A stretch of 64,000 nucleotides of DNA from Azolla caroliniana. Taxonomy: Eukaryota; Plantae; Polypodiophyta. The notes beneath the pieces were generated by a model. The model was not told where the DNA came from. It was given only the letters and a program-made list of their open reading frames with translations, and searched no databases. The translations under genes were made by a program, and so were the position numbers. This document shows, piece after piece, positions 13,650-26,475 of this stretch (within the stretch, counting starts at the first letter, position 1; each line of letters opens with the position of its first letter). The DNA lies in assembly GCA_043228905.1 (NCBI GenBank), contig JBHGNT010000016.1, forward strand, positions 17,484,001 through 17,548,000, given 5' to 3'.

Positions 13650-16600
13650 CTCCCCTAATATGTGCTCGTGAACCTCTTGGGGGACCTTGTAGACAGTGTT
13701 GTATCCCTTAACCTTGTGCTTTGCTTAAGTCATATTGGAGTTGATCGCAAGAATGGCATCAGTGTAGATTATTGCGATCGGTGTTTCTTTTAGTAATGCA
13801 TATGTGTTCTTGCATTGCGGCAACTTTGCATAATAGTTTCCATACACGACAGACTCACCAAGGTTGAAATTGTTGCCCCAACCATCCCTCACCACTTCTT
13901 TAAATAATCTCTTGCCTTATTTGCACACCACAATGCAGTAGTCTTCTAAATCTTCATTTTGAGGAGATTTGAGCACTGCAAAATGATCTCCAACTTCCAA
14001 TAAAACTGCCAAGTCTTGATGTTGGTTGTAGTATACAATATCGTTTGAATGCGCATCCTCTTCAATATCATCTTGTCGTTCAGGCTCAAGCTTCTGCAGC
14101 TTCCAGGGCTCGACAACTGATAGGTTGATGCATTTATCCCAAGCTTCATCTATACACATGGAACAAAAGCATGATAAAGTACGGAGTAACAATTTTGTTG
14201 GGTCCTTGCGGCTAAACCCTAATACACAATGGGTGCTGCATGTGCCTTTCACGATTTTACAACCATATGATTTAGTTCTATCAACCTCATCAGCGTGAAC
14301 TTCAACAAACAATCTGTTCTTACCATCATTTGACATCTTCCATGTTAGCCACTGCACAACATCATGTGCATTTTGTAACTTAGGACCATTATTATCCAAC
14401 TGCTCACTTGTAAGGTCACGTTTGATCACAGCCCCCGCACCATCATGCTCTCCTTTTCCATGTCCAGACCCGAATGTTGAATAAGGAGAAATACCTGCTT
14501 TTGTATCTCAGGTTTCCAGCAAAATTAATATTATGTTGTCAATCGAGAGTACTACACATCCATTAATACTGATTTAGTACAAATACAAAACAAAGCATAG
14601 CACAATGTATCCATTGAGAACACTCTACACTTATTAAAAGATAAATAGTACTATGTTGTCAACCATGTGAACTTGGCATCCATTAATACTAATTTAGTAT
14701 GGATACAACACAAAGCATAGTACAATGAGTTCATGGAAAGCACTCTACATGAATTAACAGATAAATAGTACAAACTCTTCAATATCAGATAGTACTATGT
14801 TGCTAACGACGAGTACTTTACATTCATTAATACTTATTTAGTACAGATACAATACACAACCCTCCTTAGAAGATAACTAGTACTACAACACATGTACTTT
14901 ACATCCCCCAATAAACACTGATTTAGTATAGATACAACACATAGTACAATACAGTGTGTTCATGGAGAACACTCAGTATGAATTAATAGATAAGTAGTAC
15001 GAACTCTTCAATATAAGACAGTACTATGAGTACAAGACATGTACTTTACATCTTCCGATAATTACTGATTTAGTATAAATACAACACCAAGTACAATACA
15101 GTGTGTTCATGGAGAACACTCAACATTGATTAATAGATAATTAGTACAAACTCTTCAATCTAGGACAGTACTATGAGTAAAAGACATGTACTTTACATCC
15201 TTCTATAATTACTTCTTTAGTACAGATACAACACATAGTACAATACAGTGTCCATGGAAAACCCTCAACATGGATTAAAAGATAATTAGTACAATTCTCT
15301 TAAGGACGGTCAATACTATTAGTACTAGTTGAGTAAATACTGATTTCGTACAGATACAACACACAACATAGTACAATGTGTCTATGGAGAACACTTCACA
15401 TGGATTAAAAGATGATTAGTACAATTCTCTTAAGGACAGACAATACTATGAGTACAAGACGAGTACTTTACATCGTTCAGTAAATACTGATTTAGTACAA
15501 ATATAACATACAACATAGTACAATGTGTCTATGGAGAACACTTCACATGGATTAAAGATAATTAGTACAATTCTCTTAAGAACGGACAATACTATAGAGT
15601 ACAATACGAGTACTTTACATTCTTTAGTAAATACTGATTTAGTAAAGATACAACACACAACATAGTACACTTTGTCTATGGAGAACACTTCACATGGATT
15701 AAAAGATAATAAACACAGATTCACGTGACAGGATAGTACTATTTGATCAATCAAGAACAATTAACTTAGTTACAAACAAAATTAGTATGCATGCATCCAT
15801 GTGAATAGTGCTGTGTTCGAATAGTTACAAACATAATTAGTATGCATCCATGTGAATAGTACTGTGTGTGAACAATTACAAACATAATTAGTATGCATGC
15901 ACTAACACAAGAATTACTTCCTTACACATTGCATGATAAGTACTAAACATATGGATTAAAAATTACCTAGCGATAAAGTAGAACGATCGTGCCGCCTTAA
16001 ACCACGAGGCAGCACCATCAGACAAAACCCAATGACGGTTAAAGGTTAACCCTAGAGACAATAAATCTGCATGGTGAAGCTTAAAATAATGTTGAACAAA
16101 TAGTGTATCATGCTTTTTATCATCTGAAATGTAAAATATTGATTTCTTATGTAACTCACCGTCTTGCCTCCAATAGCAAATATGTACAAGTATTGTACAT
16201 TGATCATTGTACCAATGCATTGATTGAACCTCATTTTGAACTTTAAATGTATAGTTTTCTGCAAAGTCAATAACGGATACGATGACACGGTTGGTAAGTT
16301 ATTAATCCATTCCTTGAACTGTGAATTTTGCCAATAACTCCGGAAGTTATGTGGAATGAATTCCCCAAGTTGTTTCTTAAATTCTGAGACAAGGGTAGCA
16401 GCACATGTCTCCTTATATACTTCCTTGATACGCTTAGTTACAAGTCCCTTGCCAATATTTTCAGTCACATACTTTAAATATTTCCATTTCACGATATGAC
16501 TGTTTCCCAAATCAAGCTCTTGCCTACAAAATAATGGTAGCGGACAAACCTTACATGTTCTTAATAGACATGTACGACGATGCCACTCACATGATGGTTC

Positions 16601-17496
16601 TTTTTCACAAACACAAGACCTCCATAGCTCAGAAACGGATGCATAAGTCATGTTTCGTGCATTACACCTATTATCCTCCCCATTTCGTCTACAAACCTCA
16701 CAAGTGCAAACACATAATTCCCCGTGTATACCCTTAGAATCAGTACGCATTGCATTCACTCCTAGCCTTAACATGTCCATCTTCACGTGGTACACACAAC
16801 AACATGTATTCCTCTCATTTAATTTTCTAACATAAAATGGTTTCAAACCTTGGAACTTGCGGAATCCAACAGTCAAGCTTGGATGTTGATCTTTAAAGTT
16901 CATGTACAATTCAGCCTACATCAACCAATATATATAGCAAACATTAATATACACATGGTCAAAACACAAATTTATGGAATGTGAATTGATATAAAAAAAT
17001 GGAATACCTCTGTCATCTCCAAGAAGTGTCTAGGGTGAATCTGGTACTTACCCTGACTTATTCGTTGTCTACACACGTCCTTATTTGGTGAGACACGCGT
17101 ATTTTTGGCTCAAAAGGAATCCACTTTCTCAATAATCTCTTGTGATAAGGCATCACATTGTCGTCTACGTCCCAACCCCAACCATTTGAATTGGCTTGAG
17201 TGTATATTTTAGCGATGTTTCCTCAAGTTCCTTCTTTGAATACCCAGGGCTAAGGCAACTTTAGTATCACTATATTTTTTTTCTCTCGCACCGTTCACAA
17301 CCATGTGTAGGGCTGCCCTCTTTGCAACAAGTTTGTCTATGCTCTCTACACCTTTCACTAAGTCTAGGGATGACTTCATAAACTCTACAATCTCTTCTGA
17401 AACACATTGGTCCCTAAATTTTATTCTCTCCATGTCTTCATTCAAACGTTGATGGTGTAACACTCTACATATAAAATTCCCTACGATCCGCTTCAC
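13650..17496 (-). pseudogene. Sola2-like DDE transposase (intron-containing, frameshifted)
   Basis: VIDFAENY (about 16280-16250), ISDDKKHD, LSDGAASWFK and FGSGHGKGEHDGAGAVIKR (about 14474-14420), plus a Cys-rich N-terminal part; introns near 17007-16916 and 15966-14500. Confidence 0.8.
14520..15940. repeat. AGTACT-rich tandem repeats (about 120-150 bp) in the transposase intron
   Basis: Repeated AATACTGATTTAGTACAGATACAACAC...ATGGAGAACACT...GATAATTAGTACAA. Confidence 0.85.
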
Positions 17497-17719
17497 TAAA
17501 TCTCTTCGTTATTTATACCAAATAACGGACTATGTGAAGAACCACCCGTCTCGTTGGGGACCCCCATTTGGTCACTAGATTTATCCACAAAAATTAAGTG
17601 TCCGGCAAGAGTAGTTAATGTTATATAGACTACACTCAGAAAACACAGTCAAATGTTTTTTAATGTGGACTACAAAGTGAGAAATAATTCGTTTCGAACA
17701 TTAGAATTATGGATCAAAT

Positions 17720-18170
17720 ATGACAATTGTAAAATCTAAAAATTTAGTACTGAAAAATGAAGAAATGAAAAATTTTAGTCCTGAAAATAAAAAAATGGAT
17801 GGAAGGAACCTCCAATGGTGGCGGGAGCGTTGATTCAGTGTGATATGCCGCCTCGATTTGTTGGAAGGAACCTCCAATGGTGGAAGCACGACTTACAAAT
17901 TTGACAATTGTAAAATCTAAAAATTTAGTACTTAAAAATGATGAAATGAAAAATTTTAGTCCTGAAAATAAAAAATTGGATGCAAGGAACCTCCAATGGT
18001 GGCGGGAGTGTTGATTCTTTGTGATATGCCGCCTCGATTTGCTGGAAAGAACCTCCAATGGTGGAAGGCGCCTTAAATCTTTGTGATATGCCGCCTTGAT
18101 TTAGTGGAAGGAACCTCCAGTGGTGGAGGGCGCCTTGAATCTTTGTGATATGCCACCTATATTCGGTTGA
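17720..18170. repeat. Subterminal tandem repeats (about 180-bp and 61-bp units)
   Basis: Repeated GGAAGGAACCTCCAATGGTGG...GTGATATGCCGCCTCGATTT. Confidence 0.85.
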
Positions 18171-18762
18171 AGGATCCTCGCCTCAATGGAAAAAGCCCCA
18201 AATCACCACGACATAAACTACAATTGGTGGAAGTAAGAAAGTCGTTGTCGAAGAAGTCACTATTGGCTGTTATAAGAGGCCTCAGAACAGTCTCTGTTCC
18301 TCAACCTAAACCCTAACAAAAACAGAAACCCTAACAAAAATAGAAACCTTAAAAAAACCAGAAATCCTTAACTCAAAAGCTCCAACCTGACATGGATGTC
18401 TGAGATTTTCTCCCTAACCCCTAACAAAACTCTTAGAGTGGAGGAAAAGCAGAAACGTGACATGGATGTCTGAGATGAAGAGCTCAGAGGGATAGAGGAA
18501 GAGGAGTATGAGGGGAACCGCCAAAAACGACGTGAGGGGAAGCGCCAAAATCGACGTGAGGGGAAAATAGCCCCAAAAATGGAAAGAACATCTCCTCACG
18601 TGTTCCCCCCACTCCTTGTAGTAAATGACACTTGTACTACAGTCACCCCACTCTCCAAAATCAATTTTTTTCTCTCTGAATTATTCAATACTAACAGTAT
18701 CGAAAGTACTGACAATTTTTGTGGCCAAAAACAGTACTTTTCTGGTCCACCGTAGCGTGCTT

Positions 18763-20392
18763 CCACCCTCTTCTTCCCCTTGGTTTGGTTGTCTTTGCCT
18801 TCAGCTCTCTCTTCCGGCCACTGCCCCTACATCTGGCTAGTCTCTGCTTAGATCTCTTCCTTCATCTATCCACACGTCCTCGGCTTCTCTAGTCGATTCG
18901 GACGTTCCGACTTCTTGAGTCGTGCCAAACTCGAATTCTTCATCCAAGTTGGGTTTTCGGACTTCTCATCTCTCCTTTCCTTCTTCACTCCTCCCCCTCA
19001 AGTTCGGCATGTCTATATGTTGTAAGCCAAGCATACTCGAAAAATGTCGCAACTTGTCAAGGCCCCAGGATTTGGTAAAGATGTCGGCTACCTACTGCTC
19101 AGTTGGAACATAAAGAAGTTCGACTACTCCAGAAAGAACTCGCTCGGGGACAAAATGATAGTGCACCTCGATGTGCTTTGTCTGTGCGTAGAAGATAGGG
19201 TTCATTGCTAATTGGATGTTGTTGAGGTTGTCGTAGTATATAATTGTCGGCTCAGACACCTCTACATGCAAATCCTTCAATAGCCTTTTCAGCCAAATGG
19301 CTTTGCATGTAGTGACAACCACCCCGTGATACTCGCCCTCAATGCTCGAAAGTGCCACTATCGGTTGCTTTTTGGTGCTCTAGGTGATCGCGAAGCTTCC
19401 TAGTGAAATCGCGAACCCAAATGCTGACCTACGATCGACGACATTTCCAGACCAATCGTCATCCGTGTAGCCGACTAACTCTTTGGCTACTCCGGCCCGA
19501 TACAACAACACCCTATCCTTAGTGCCACTGCCATATCGCAATATCCTTCACACGCAAATGAAGATGTTCGGCCTTTGGTTGTGGCATGAATTGACTGATC
19601 AGGCCAGTTGGGTAACTAAGCTCTAACCGAGTGATCATCAAATAGATGAGGCTTCTGACAATCAGTCGAAACTGTGTCGGGTCACACAACGTTTCTGAGT
19701 CTCGAAAAAACATCACATTCCTTTCCAGAGGGGTTGTGATGGACTTACAATGTCCTGAACTTGAAGATCATAGTCCACACATAATGGCGTTGGTTGATCA
19801 ATATGCCTTTGGGGGTTCGGATCACGTCAATCCCGCGGAAGTAATGAAGGTTCCCCAGATCCTTCATTTTGAATGATCCTGCAAGCTGAGACTTTACTCA
19901 GCCGATTTCTCTGAGATCGGCACCAGTGACGACTAAATCATCAACATATAAAAATATGCTAATCAAGCCGGTTCGACTCGGCCGAATGAACAATGAAGAG
20001 TTCGATTTCGATGTAGCAAACCCCGCCCTACGCAATCTTTGCGTGATCTTCGCGTTCCAAGCACGCCGGGCTTGCTTGAGTCCATAAAACAACTTCTTCA
20101 ATCGGAAAACTACCGAGGTGTTTCATTCAGATAGAAATCCGGGGAGTTGTACCATGTACACTTATTCCTCAAGATTGCCTTGCAGGAATGCGTTCGTTAC
20201 ATCCATCTAATGTAAATGCCACCCCTTTGTCGTTGCTACTGCCAACAATGCACGAACAATTGTCATCGTCACGACCGGCACGAAGGTCTCATCATAGTCG
20301 AAGCTGTGTTTCTGTGTGCAGCCCTTCGCCACTAATCGGGCCTTAAATCGGTTAACCGAGTTGTTGGCGTTATCGTAGTGTATTTCGTACAC
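18763..20392 (-). pseudogene. Decayed copia RT/RNase H fragment
   Basis: [37 protein letters not shown]. Confidence 0.88.
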
Positions 20393-20479
20393 TACGTGAA
20401 AAATTGCCTTTTTGTTCCTACGGATGAAGGAGAAATCGGCAAGGAAGAACTGGTAAGAGGGACCCAGTAAGGAGAATCG

Positions 20480-23400
20480 TGTTAAAGATTGCTCGCGGAA
20501 GCGTTAGAAAGAATAGTACAGAGAGAGAGAGAGAGAGCAGGACACACTATTTTCAAAAATTATATGAATACTCTGTGCTCTATATTTACAACGCGCTCAT
20601 CAGCGCTATTAATACAAGTCCACACGGGACTGTTAGAAGTACAGTGTACTTCAATGCTCACACGAGCATCTGACACTAACTACGAGACTATAACTGCCTA
20701 ATAGTCTAACCTATACTAGGCTACCAGTTACGGATTGGATCCGGCATACCGGCTCCCCAGCTCACCAGTCCTTACTGCTTACCGGCTCGATCGCTCACCG
20801 ATGTCGCGAAAATACAACGAGGATACGTGAACTTTGAGGCAGGACCCCGGTGCCTCCGACCGGAAGATAACAGATTTGTATTATTATATTAAGCAATTAA
20901 TACAAAATGAGAAAGATTCACAAATTTCATTAATAAAGGAAAAGAAAGATTACAATCAATCTCAAGATTGAGATTACAAAAAGTTTAGCTAATGGAGATT
21001 ACTAGAGTAATAGATAAGAGGAAATTAAGATATGGATTCTATAGAAATATAGGGTTATGAGTAAGATCTTCCGTAGGGAAAATTAGGGTTTTTGAGTCTT
21101 ATGGCTTCCGTAGGGAAATTAGGGTTTATGAGCCATATGGCTTCCGTAGGGAAATTAGGGTTTATGAGCCGTATGGCTTCCGTAGGGAAATTAGGGTTTT
21201 TTGCTTCCGTAGGGAATTTAGGGTTTATGAGCCGTATGGCTTCCGTAGGGAATTTAGGGTTTATGAGCCGTATGGCTTCGGTAGGGAATTTAGGGTTTAT
21301 GAGACTTATGGCTTCCCTAAGATAAGGGAGCAAAGAAGGAAAAGAAAAATAATGGAGAGAGCCCCCAAGTATAGGAAAAAAATGGAATATATATGGTGTT
21401 CCCCGTTGATCATATGCATGTCTACTTTCTGTTGCATGGCCTCTACTTTTAGTTGCTTAGCTTTTTCTTTTAGTTGCATCTATTTTTAGTGGCATGGTTG
21501 TTTCGTTTAGTTGCATGTGACCGTCCACATGACCTTTACTTTTTGCATGCACTCCAACTTTAGTTGCTTGCGTCCACATGGCCTTTACTTTAGTTCTCTT
21601 AACTTTACTATAGTTTGTTGCATGATCCAATCTTCCGTCTGTCCGCGTCCAACCTCGTCCGGTAGCCGGTTCCGCCCGATCGCCGAATCCCTCGCCGGCT
21701 GGTTCCATTATGCTTGCCGGCCGATTCCGGTTCTGGTTCCGGGTTTGCTTACCGGCCGGTTTCCGGTTTCGGTTTGCTTGCCGATTCTAGTTCTGGTTTT
21801 GCTTACCGACCTATTTCCGGTTTGCATACCGGCTGGTTTCCAGATTTGCTTACCGAACCGGTTTCTGGATTTGCTTACCGGCTGGTTTCCGGATTTGTTT
21901 ACCAGACTAGTTTCCGGATTTGCTTACCGTCCGGTTTCTGGATTTGTTTACCGACCGGTTTCCGGTTTTAGGGAATTTGACCACCATCATCCATCAAGAC
22001 AAAGTGACCAAAGTGCTCTTAGCACAAATAAAATATGAGGGAGCTCAAGGGGCTTACATAGCCAGGGCCTTAACTTTCCTATCTATGTGGGATAGTTCTA
22101 ATTTCCCTATCTTCTCAAACTTTATTTTCACATAACTTGATATGTATTTCTCCATTTTGTATATAGTAAAAAACATTTTGAAGGTCTTGAGTATATTCAT
22201 CTTTCTATAGTAAGTTACTAATCTAATCTATAATAATTATTTCATTATTTTTTACATAGTGTTTGAAGATTCACATGACACCGGCATACTGATTCCTCTC
22301 GCTTACCGGCTCAGGCTTATTCAGCCGATCCGGCTCCGGTTGAGCTTGCTGCTCAACACTCCTCCTCAAGCTCAACTTGAGGTAGGGTTGTAGTGTCAAC
22401 CTCTACGGCAACCAATTCTTCCAACCGACTTCTCCTGGCGGCTCTTCGCCTTGCTCACGCTCCTTGTCTGGTCCGATCCCGTTTTCCGCGACCCCTTTGG
22501 TTCTGCGCGCCTCGACCTTCAGCATGTCTGCTCAATAGGCCCATCTCAACTCCTTCGCTGCTATGACTCCGGTGCATGCCGATCCGTCGGTTCCTCTGCG
22601 ATGGCATCGACTTCCGCTGTGTCCGTGTCTCCTTGGCCTCTTGTTGATCCGACTCATCTGGATCCGTTTGTTGATCTGAATCGGTTGTCTCCGACTCGTT
22701 CGAGCTCTTGTCTGAATAGGTATCCTCCGATTCGATTTTCGGCTTCAGGCCTCTCACCACATCAGACCACGTCCGGGTCTTGGCCTTCTCTGTGCTTTCC
22801 TTGGCTTCTTCAGCTAGTTCACCGAAGTCGAATTCTTCATTCGACTCTACATCATGGCCATTACGATCGTGATGACCCCCACATAGCATGCACTTCTCTT
22901 CCTGAGTGTACACTTCTTCTTCACAACCGCTCACTCCGACTTGTTCGGATGTGCTGACTTCCTTCGTCAACTCGGCTTCATTTTTCTTCTTGTCTCCACC
23001 TCTACCGGTTCTTCTCTTACCTACGGGTTCAACAGTTTTTTTGCCTTTGCGTCTCCCCTTCAAGTGCAGCACGTCGAGATGCTGAACACCAAGCATTTCG
23101 GTAAAGTGCTGCAACTTGTTCGACCCGAGCGGTTTGGTGAAGATGTCGGAAACTTGCCGATCCGTGTGAATATACCGTAGTTCAGCTTCACCGCTCAGGA
23201 CCCGCTCACCCACGAAGTGATAATGCACTTCTGTGTGCTTTGTGTGAGCATCGAACACAAGGTTGTGGGCGAGCTGCATGCTACTGAGGTTATCGCAGTA
23301 GATAAGGATCGGGGTCAGTACCTCAATCCGCAGGTCTTGCAGTAGTCGCCGAAGCCAAATGGCTTCGCAGGTGGCAACGGTCGCACCCCGGTATTCCACC

Positions 23401-24401
23401 TCAATGCTGGATAGAGCCACTGTTGGCTGCTTTTTGCTGCTCCACGCAACAGCCGCGCTCCCAAGAGAAAACATAAAGCCGGAAGTTGAGCGACGATCCG
23501 TTGCATCGCCAGCCTAGTCGGCATCCGTGTAGCCGACAAGCTCTTCAGTTATACCTTGCCGGTATAAGAGCCCCTGGTACTTAGTGCCGCTTACATACCT
23601 CAGTATTTGTTGCACGCACTAAAGGTGCGCCACGGTTGGCTTCTTCATGAATTGGCTTACCACTCCGACCGGATAGCTAATGTCGGGTCGGGTGATGGTC
23701 AATTAGATTAGGCTTCTGACTATTTGTCGGAACCTTTTCTCATCGCAGGCTGGTCCGGAGTTGGGACGGATCTTCTGATTCCGGTCCAGGGTTGTGGAGA
23801 CAAGTCGGCATTCCGTCATGCCGAACTTGTACAATATATTGAACACATAATGGCATTGAGAAAGCAATATGCCTTCGGGGGTGCGGATGACCTCGATCCC
23901 CGAAAAATACTGAAGGTCCCCAAGTCCTTCATATCGAATGCGTCCGACAACTGGGACTTGACGCGGTTGATTTCCGGAAGACTTGGGCCGGTGATATGAC
24001 TAAATCATCAACATAGAGTAAGATACATACCGGACCATTTGGGCCTTGACGGATGAACAGGGAAGAGTCAGACTTAGAGGCACCAAACCCCATCTTTTGC
24101 AACCGGTGCGTGATCTTAGCATTCCAAGCACGGGGGCTTGCTTCAAGCCGTACAACGACTTCCTCAGTTGGCATACCACTGACTTGTTCACCTCCAACTC
24201 AAATCGGGGGGGCTGAGTCCTAAAGACTTCTTCTTCAAGATCTCCTTGAAGGAAGGCATTCTACACATCCATTTGATGAAGATGCCACCCCCTTGCCGCA
24301 ACAACCGCCAGTACCACATGAACCGTCGTCATCTTCCCTACAAGAGCGAAGGTCTCGTCGTAGTCAATTCCATGGGTCTGCGCATATCCCTTGGCCATTA
24401 A
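20480..24401 (-). mobile_element. Copia element A2: 3' LTR 20480-22358 (interrupted) plus RT/RNase H
   Basis: Close paralog of 4034-7018; PPT complement at 22359; RNase H ORF 22455-23474. Confidence 0.9.
20802..22280 (+). mobile_element. TGTCGCG-family repeat, copy 2 (complete; solo LTR or non-autonomous element)
   Basis: TGTCGCG...CATGACA flanked by CCGA/CCGG; the empty site at 4378 reads CCGG; 36-bp repeats containing TTTAGGG at 21055-21320. Confidence 0.88.
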
Positions 24402-26085
24402 GGTCGTTCGTGCCATGGCTTGCATGATCTCCTGCACAGCCGCCATGGGGATACACTTCTTGTCTTATGTTGGCACGTGTGCCGCTTCCAAAAGATGTAC
24501 GGCCTTCGCATTGGATGGACCTCCCGTATCGACCCGTAGGATAATCACCGCCACAGCTCATGTAGCCGCCGTTATGGTGTGACAATCGTCCACCATCGCC
24601 GCATGTGTAGCCGCTATCGAAGTAAGATCTTCGCTCTCTATTGTATCCTTCCAATTCAAATTCCGGTGATGTATGGTGGTGATGTATAGGCCGCGAGTGT
24701 GGCTCGTGTGAGGCTGAAATATATTGGTTTGAATTTCGTTCGATGTGAGGATGTTGGACAGATGTCCTCGGTGGGTATGCCGCTTCCGCCGTGCATGAGG
24801 GAACCGTGTGCCCTATATGGTTAGTTGGGTTGTAGATAGGATTAAAGAAAGGGCGATTAGGGTTATAAAGTAAGACTCGTGGGCCATAATGGTTTTGATG
24901 AGGACTTTTACTTACTTGATTATTTGTTATATTGCAGATGTATTGCGGGAGGAGGTTCCGGTGGTTCAATGATCGAGGATTTCTTTTTGCTGGAAAATTA
25001 GGGTTAGGGTTAGGGTTAGGGTTAGGGTTAGCAATAGGGTTAGCAATAGGGTTAGATTTTTGAAAAGGATTAGGTTTTAGGTTCTTTGTAGAGGATTTTA
25101 GTTTGGGGTTGGGGTTAGTGTTAGAGTTAGCGTTAGCTTTAGGGTTAGGTTTTTGAATGGGAAAATTTGTAGAGGATTTCTTTGGTTTTTCACTCCCAAT
25201 GTAATGCGGAATTGTAAAGGGACTGTTATTAACATTATAATCTTCATTATCACTCATCTGTATGTCGATTTCTCTAACATTGTTGTGCATGCTACTCTCT
25301 GCTTTGTCTCTACCTATAGTGGCCTTCTTTCTAATAGCCGCGGTAATAGAATATGTAACTGCTACTTCATCACAAGATCTAAGGATTTCTGTGGCAAACT
25401 CTTGTTGCCAATGTGCCATTCTATCTTGGAATGAATCGGGACCTACTAGTGATGTTACTTCTTGTATGAATGGGGGTTCTTGCATTGTTTCCATTATTTT
25501 TACTATGTCGGTACGAACTTGATTAGGAAAATCATCTATGGCTTTGGTTAATGCGTGGACTAATAAGTCTAAATGCCGAATATAGCATGTTGTAAGATCC
25601 TTGCGATATTGTGTTGTGAGGGCTAGAAATTCTGTTCACAAGCTCGAATTGATCTCCTCATGACCTATTGTTAATTTCGGTGGGTGAACCCTAAGATTAT
25701 GAGGGGTGATGTCATGTGAGTTTAGATCAGAGATACGCTTATACGTATTCTTAGCTTCTTGTGTGCGCCTATAAAGATGTTTAAATTCAGATACCACTTT
25801 ACGCTTATAGTCGTCAAAGTGGTGTGAGGACATATAAGAGTCGGAGGAATTTACCTTTTCATTACTAGGATTAGAGTTGAGGAAAGTTGGGGATAATGTA
25901 GGGGCGCGTTGTCGTTTATTAGGACGTTTGTTGGCGCTTCTAGGTTTTGTTGGTGTCGGTGTAGTTTATGCCATCGCTGCAAAAGTCATCATCTGTTGTG
26001 GAGGGAACTCGGCACTAAATGGTGATTCGATGCGAGTCGAAGTATCACTATTGTGGGTTCCAAACTCCGATGATAATCCCTCCAT
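24402..26085 (-). pseudogene. Penelope-like element N-terminal ORF (pseudo-LTR copy)
   Basis: One frame from ATG 26085 with only two stops (TAA 25966-25968, TGA 25636-25638); Asn-Pro repeats; directly downstream of the PLE RT and ribozyme. Confidence 0.6.
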
Positions 26086-26342
26086 AGGAACCAAGATAAC
26101 AATTATTGCTATGACCGTAGGATCGTGACAAGGAGTGCGAGCGAACTAGCACAACTATTGAGATGATATGGGAAGAGTAAGAAAAGAAATAAAGCAATGA
26201 TGCAAGTGAAACTAAGGTGAGTAGGATTAGAGGTGACCAAGAGTAACAGAGAATGAGAGAATGAGATGAAAGAAGAAGAGAAGAAGAGAAGAGTGAGTGA
26301 GAAAAGAGAAAAGAGAAAAGCTTAAGAAATTTTCATTAGAAA

Positions 26343-26394
26343 GACCTTGTGCAAACTAGTTTCGCTCTAGGTAGAGCTCATCAGTGCCAAGGTC
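26343..26394 (-). ncRNA. Minimal type-I hammerhead ribozyme
   Basis: Minus strand GACCTTG-GCA CTGATGA GCTCTA-CC-TAGAGC GAAA CTAGT T TGC-A-CAAGGTC: stem I, CUGAUGA core, stem II, GAAA and palindromic ACUAGU stem III. Confidence 0.9.
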
Positions 26395-26428
26395 ATTTAC
26401 AACAAGAGGGTAGGTTTATATAGGGGGA

Positions 26429-26475
<47 letters not shown>

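Larger units (their letters stand above)
7020..18762 (-). mobile_element. Sola2-like DNA transposon, about 11.7 kb, with passenger gene
   Basis: Imperfect TIRs: left AAGCATGCTATGGTGTACCA, right (reverse complement) AAGCACGCTACGGTGGACCA; internal DDE transposase and subterminal repeats. Confidence 0.75.

Noticed and set aside
21055-21333. INPKFPTEAIRL repeat protein
   Set aside because: Translation of a 36-bp minisatellite.
26430-26472. (GA)n tracts (also about 60285-60310)
   Set aside because: Ordinary microsatellites within TE UTRs or LTRs.
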